DNA of 62,865 nucleotides, counting the filler. It is 5 parts of 5 records of this genome, joined end to end, with 100 filler letters (N's around TTAATTAATTAA, not from the genome) between each part and the next. Parts side by side here need not be neighbours in the genome. Positions count along the whole stretch, not along the records: positions 57,062 to 62,865 come from SRR31156797_8724; 4 more parts are not named here. One strand, given 5' to 3'. Within the stretch, counting starts at the first letter, position 1. Each line of letters begins with the position of its first letter. Under the pieces are notes generated by a model. It worked only from the letters and a program-made list of their open reading frames with translations. It searched no databases and was not told where the DNA came from. Both the position numbers and the translations under genes were made by a program. Below are positions 60,931 to 62,865 of the stretch, one piece after another.

Positions 60931-62073
60931 ATGTCAGAAGATGGAATCCAAGTCTACGGTGCGCTTACGATAGATAATGACATCCTTAAAGGGCGGGGGT
61001 ACAAATTTGATGAAGGTTTGCTGAAACAACTCGTCCAGTTTGCCGACAGTCCAATAAAAATCATATTCAGTGATATAATCCACAATGAAGCGAAAAATCA
61101 CTTAGCTTCTAATATCTCAAATGCAAGGAACTCTATCAATAAAGCTATCAAATCCGCTTCAAAGCACCTGCAAATGTCAGAGGATCGAATTAAATCAGCC
61201 AAAAAAGCTTTAACTTTAGAAGATGACGATAACGGAATCGCAGAGACGCGGCTAAATATTTATTATGAAAAAATTAATGCTGAAATTATAAATTCGAATG
61301 ATTATTTAGAAATCGAAGCTTTAATGGAAAAATATTTTTCTACTCAAGCCCCTTTTGAAACGAAAAAAGATAAAAAGAATGAATTTCCCGATGCCATTGC
61401 TTTATTATGTTTAGACAGTTGGGCTGAGGAAAATGACACAAAGGTTCTTGTTGTAAGCAAGGATAAGGGGTGGAAGGAGTTCGCAGGAAAATCTGAATGG
61501 CTTACGGTAAAAGAAGATTTATCTGAAGCTATCGAAGCTATTCAGCCTGAAAGCCAAGTGAAAGCTATTATTGAAAATCTTACCCAAAATGGTTTTTTTA
61601 AAGAGAATAGTCCTATTTACGATTCTATTAAAGACGCAATAATCAACAGTTTAGAAGTTGATCATATTGATATCGAGGCATGTTCATCTTTCTACTATGA
61701 ATATGAAGACATTGAGGTGACATATATCTCACACGATTTTTATAAAGATCAAGACGGGCAAACAAAGGTCAATGTAGTTGGAATAGAACCAGATCGAATA
61801 ATTTTGACAGTTGACACCTACATAAAATGTGAAGTTAGCGCCTCATTCGATTTTTCGGCTTGGGATTCGATTGATAAAGAATATATCGGTCTTGCGACTG
61901 GCAGCAATGTTTCTACTGAAGAAGAATATCATACCGAAGTGCTGATTGAACTTTATGGCAATTTTACTCAAGGATATGTGGGGATGGATATTGGTGAAAT
62001 TGCCGTGTCAGAGACAATCGGCTTTGCGGACTTTGGCGAAATTGAACCTGACTGGCATGATTATGAAGACTGA
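60931..62073 (+). CDS. PIN domain-containing protein (DUF4935/PIN_12-like) with an acidic C-terminal domain
   Basis: LTIDNDI, IIHNE, APFE.KKDKKNEFPDAIAL and VVSKDKGW acidic PIN motifs. Confidence 0.8.
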   Translation: MSEDGIQVYGALTIDNDILKGRGYKFDEGLLKQLVQFADSPIKIIFSDIIHNEAKNHLASNISNARNSINKAIKSASKHLQMSEDRIKSAKKALTLEDDDNGIAETRLNIYYEKINAEIINSNDYLEIEALMEKYFSTQAPFETKKDKKNEFPDAIALLCLDSWAEENDTKVLVVSKDKGWKEFAGKSEWLTVKEDLSEAIEAIQPESQVKAIIENLTQNGFFKENSPIYDSIKDAIINSLEVDHIDIEACSSFYYEYEDIEVTYISHDFYKDQDGQTKVNVVGIEPDRIILTVDTYIKCEVSASFDFSAWDSIDKEYIGLATGSNVSTEEEYHTEVLIELYGNFTQGYVGMDIGEIAVSETIGFADFGEIEPDWHDYED

Positions 62074-62490
62074 ATAATATTTGTCAGGGTAATATAAGGA
62101 CATCAAGTTTATTATATTATGGAGTCTTGGGTAGATGTTCGTACAGTTGTCGTGGTGGTGGGGGTATTTTTCTAACAAAAACAAAAACTCAAAGAACTCA
62201 AGACCATTATTATCCTATTCTTAACCTTAACCGGGCCCGCCATTGTTATGAATAGCAGAACTGAACGTGAATTTTTAGAATGGTGGAAGCATCTATCTTT
62301 TCAGTTTTAAAGGAATAATATACACGGGGATCTGTCCTATTCCGCTTTGGAAGTGGTGGCATTGATAATCATCTGGCTCTGCGTATGCCGAGCGGTTAGC
62401 ATTAATTGTTTATCATGATCCAGGCCATCATCCCCCCCTGGATTTGCCCTGAATGGCTGTCATTCTTTGATGATGGCCTTTTGAATGACA

Positions 62491-62742
62491 TGATTGGCTG
62501 CTCTTAAATTTGTATATCATGCTGGGACGCGTTAAAAGGGCTGTTATAGGGCTTCTTGATGCTGGTTGTTACATTTGCCTTGCCCTGATCTATGGTCCAT
62601 GCGAGAGGCCTGAATAAAGGGCGGTGAGGATGACAAAGGGTATTTCCATCCCTTATGCTTAATCAACGGCGGCCCTGAGTATAATTTATGCCATTAACGA
62701 GTTTCCGGGCGTTTGGAAAGATTTTAATGCGCACTGCGTCTG
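62491..62742 (+). repeat. ~250-bp non-coding element, copy 2
   Basis: Diverged direct repeat of 59138-59389. An extra CCTGAATGGCTGTC match lies at 62448-62461. Confidence 0.9.
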
Positions 62743-62865
62743 CGAACGTACGTTTTATGTTTTTGGTCTTTTTCAGAATTCTTGGCTGTTGAAACTGGTT
62801 ATGCAAATCGATTTTCTGTGAGAGAGTGGTTTAGGCCCAGAACAAGCGTGTTTTGAATAAGAAAA

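Noticed and set aside
59800-62100. Full integron call
   Set aside because: There is only one degenerate attC-like hairpin, no integrase, and no attC after the other ORFs.
1-62865. Numerous short antisense or overlapping ORFs in the track; rRNA, tRNA and transposase genes
   Set aside because: The short ORFs are shadows of well-supported genes. I recognised no rRNA, tRNA, integrase or transposase sequence by eye.

Overview
The window is not one continuous locus. It is five unrelated contigs (1-28700, 28801-37298, 37399-50074, 50175-56961, 57062-62865) joined by 100-nt N/TTAATTAATTAA spacers, and they may come from different organisms. Contig 1 is an AT-rich Bacteroidota housekeeping region: recQ, rsmA, mgtE, purH-mreBCD-mrdA-rodA, pgi, gpsA, lysS, lipAB and recJ. 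It also has a highly structured purH 5' leader, an ArcE/cDPGS-like P-loop enzyme and a 21-bp-periodic intergenic tract. Contig 2 carries CDP/dTDP deoxysugar genes followed by unrelated genes separated by REP elements. Contig 3 (Bacteroidota-like) has a cheR/cheD/cheB cluster with a His-less kinase, a TPR-cyclase, sppA, folK, a deoxynucleoside kinase, a T9SS cargo protein and a fasciclin. Contig 4 has a small YD-hairpin + T9SS-CTD gene directly upstream of a 2073-aa signal-peptide FG-GAP/RHS polymorphic toxin that has no CTD of its own. Contig 5 looks like a mobile-element accessory region: a YhcG/ParB-HTH-like gene and a diverged ~250-bp non-coding direct repeat bracketing four cargo genes, one of them a PIN-domain protein. 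The best leads are the putative T9SS adaptor + RHS toxin pair, the purH leader RNA, and the contig-5 repeat/palindrome/HTH system. All family assignments come from recognising motifs by eye; no searches were run.
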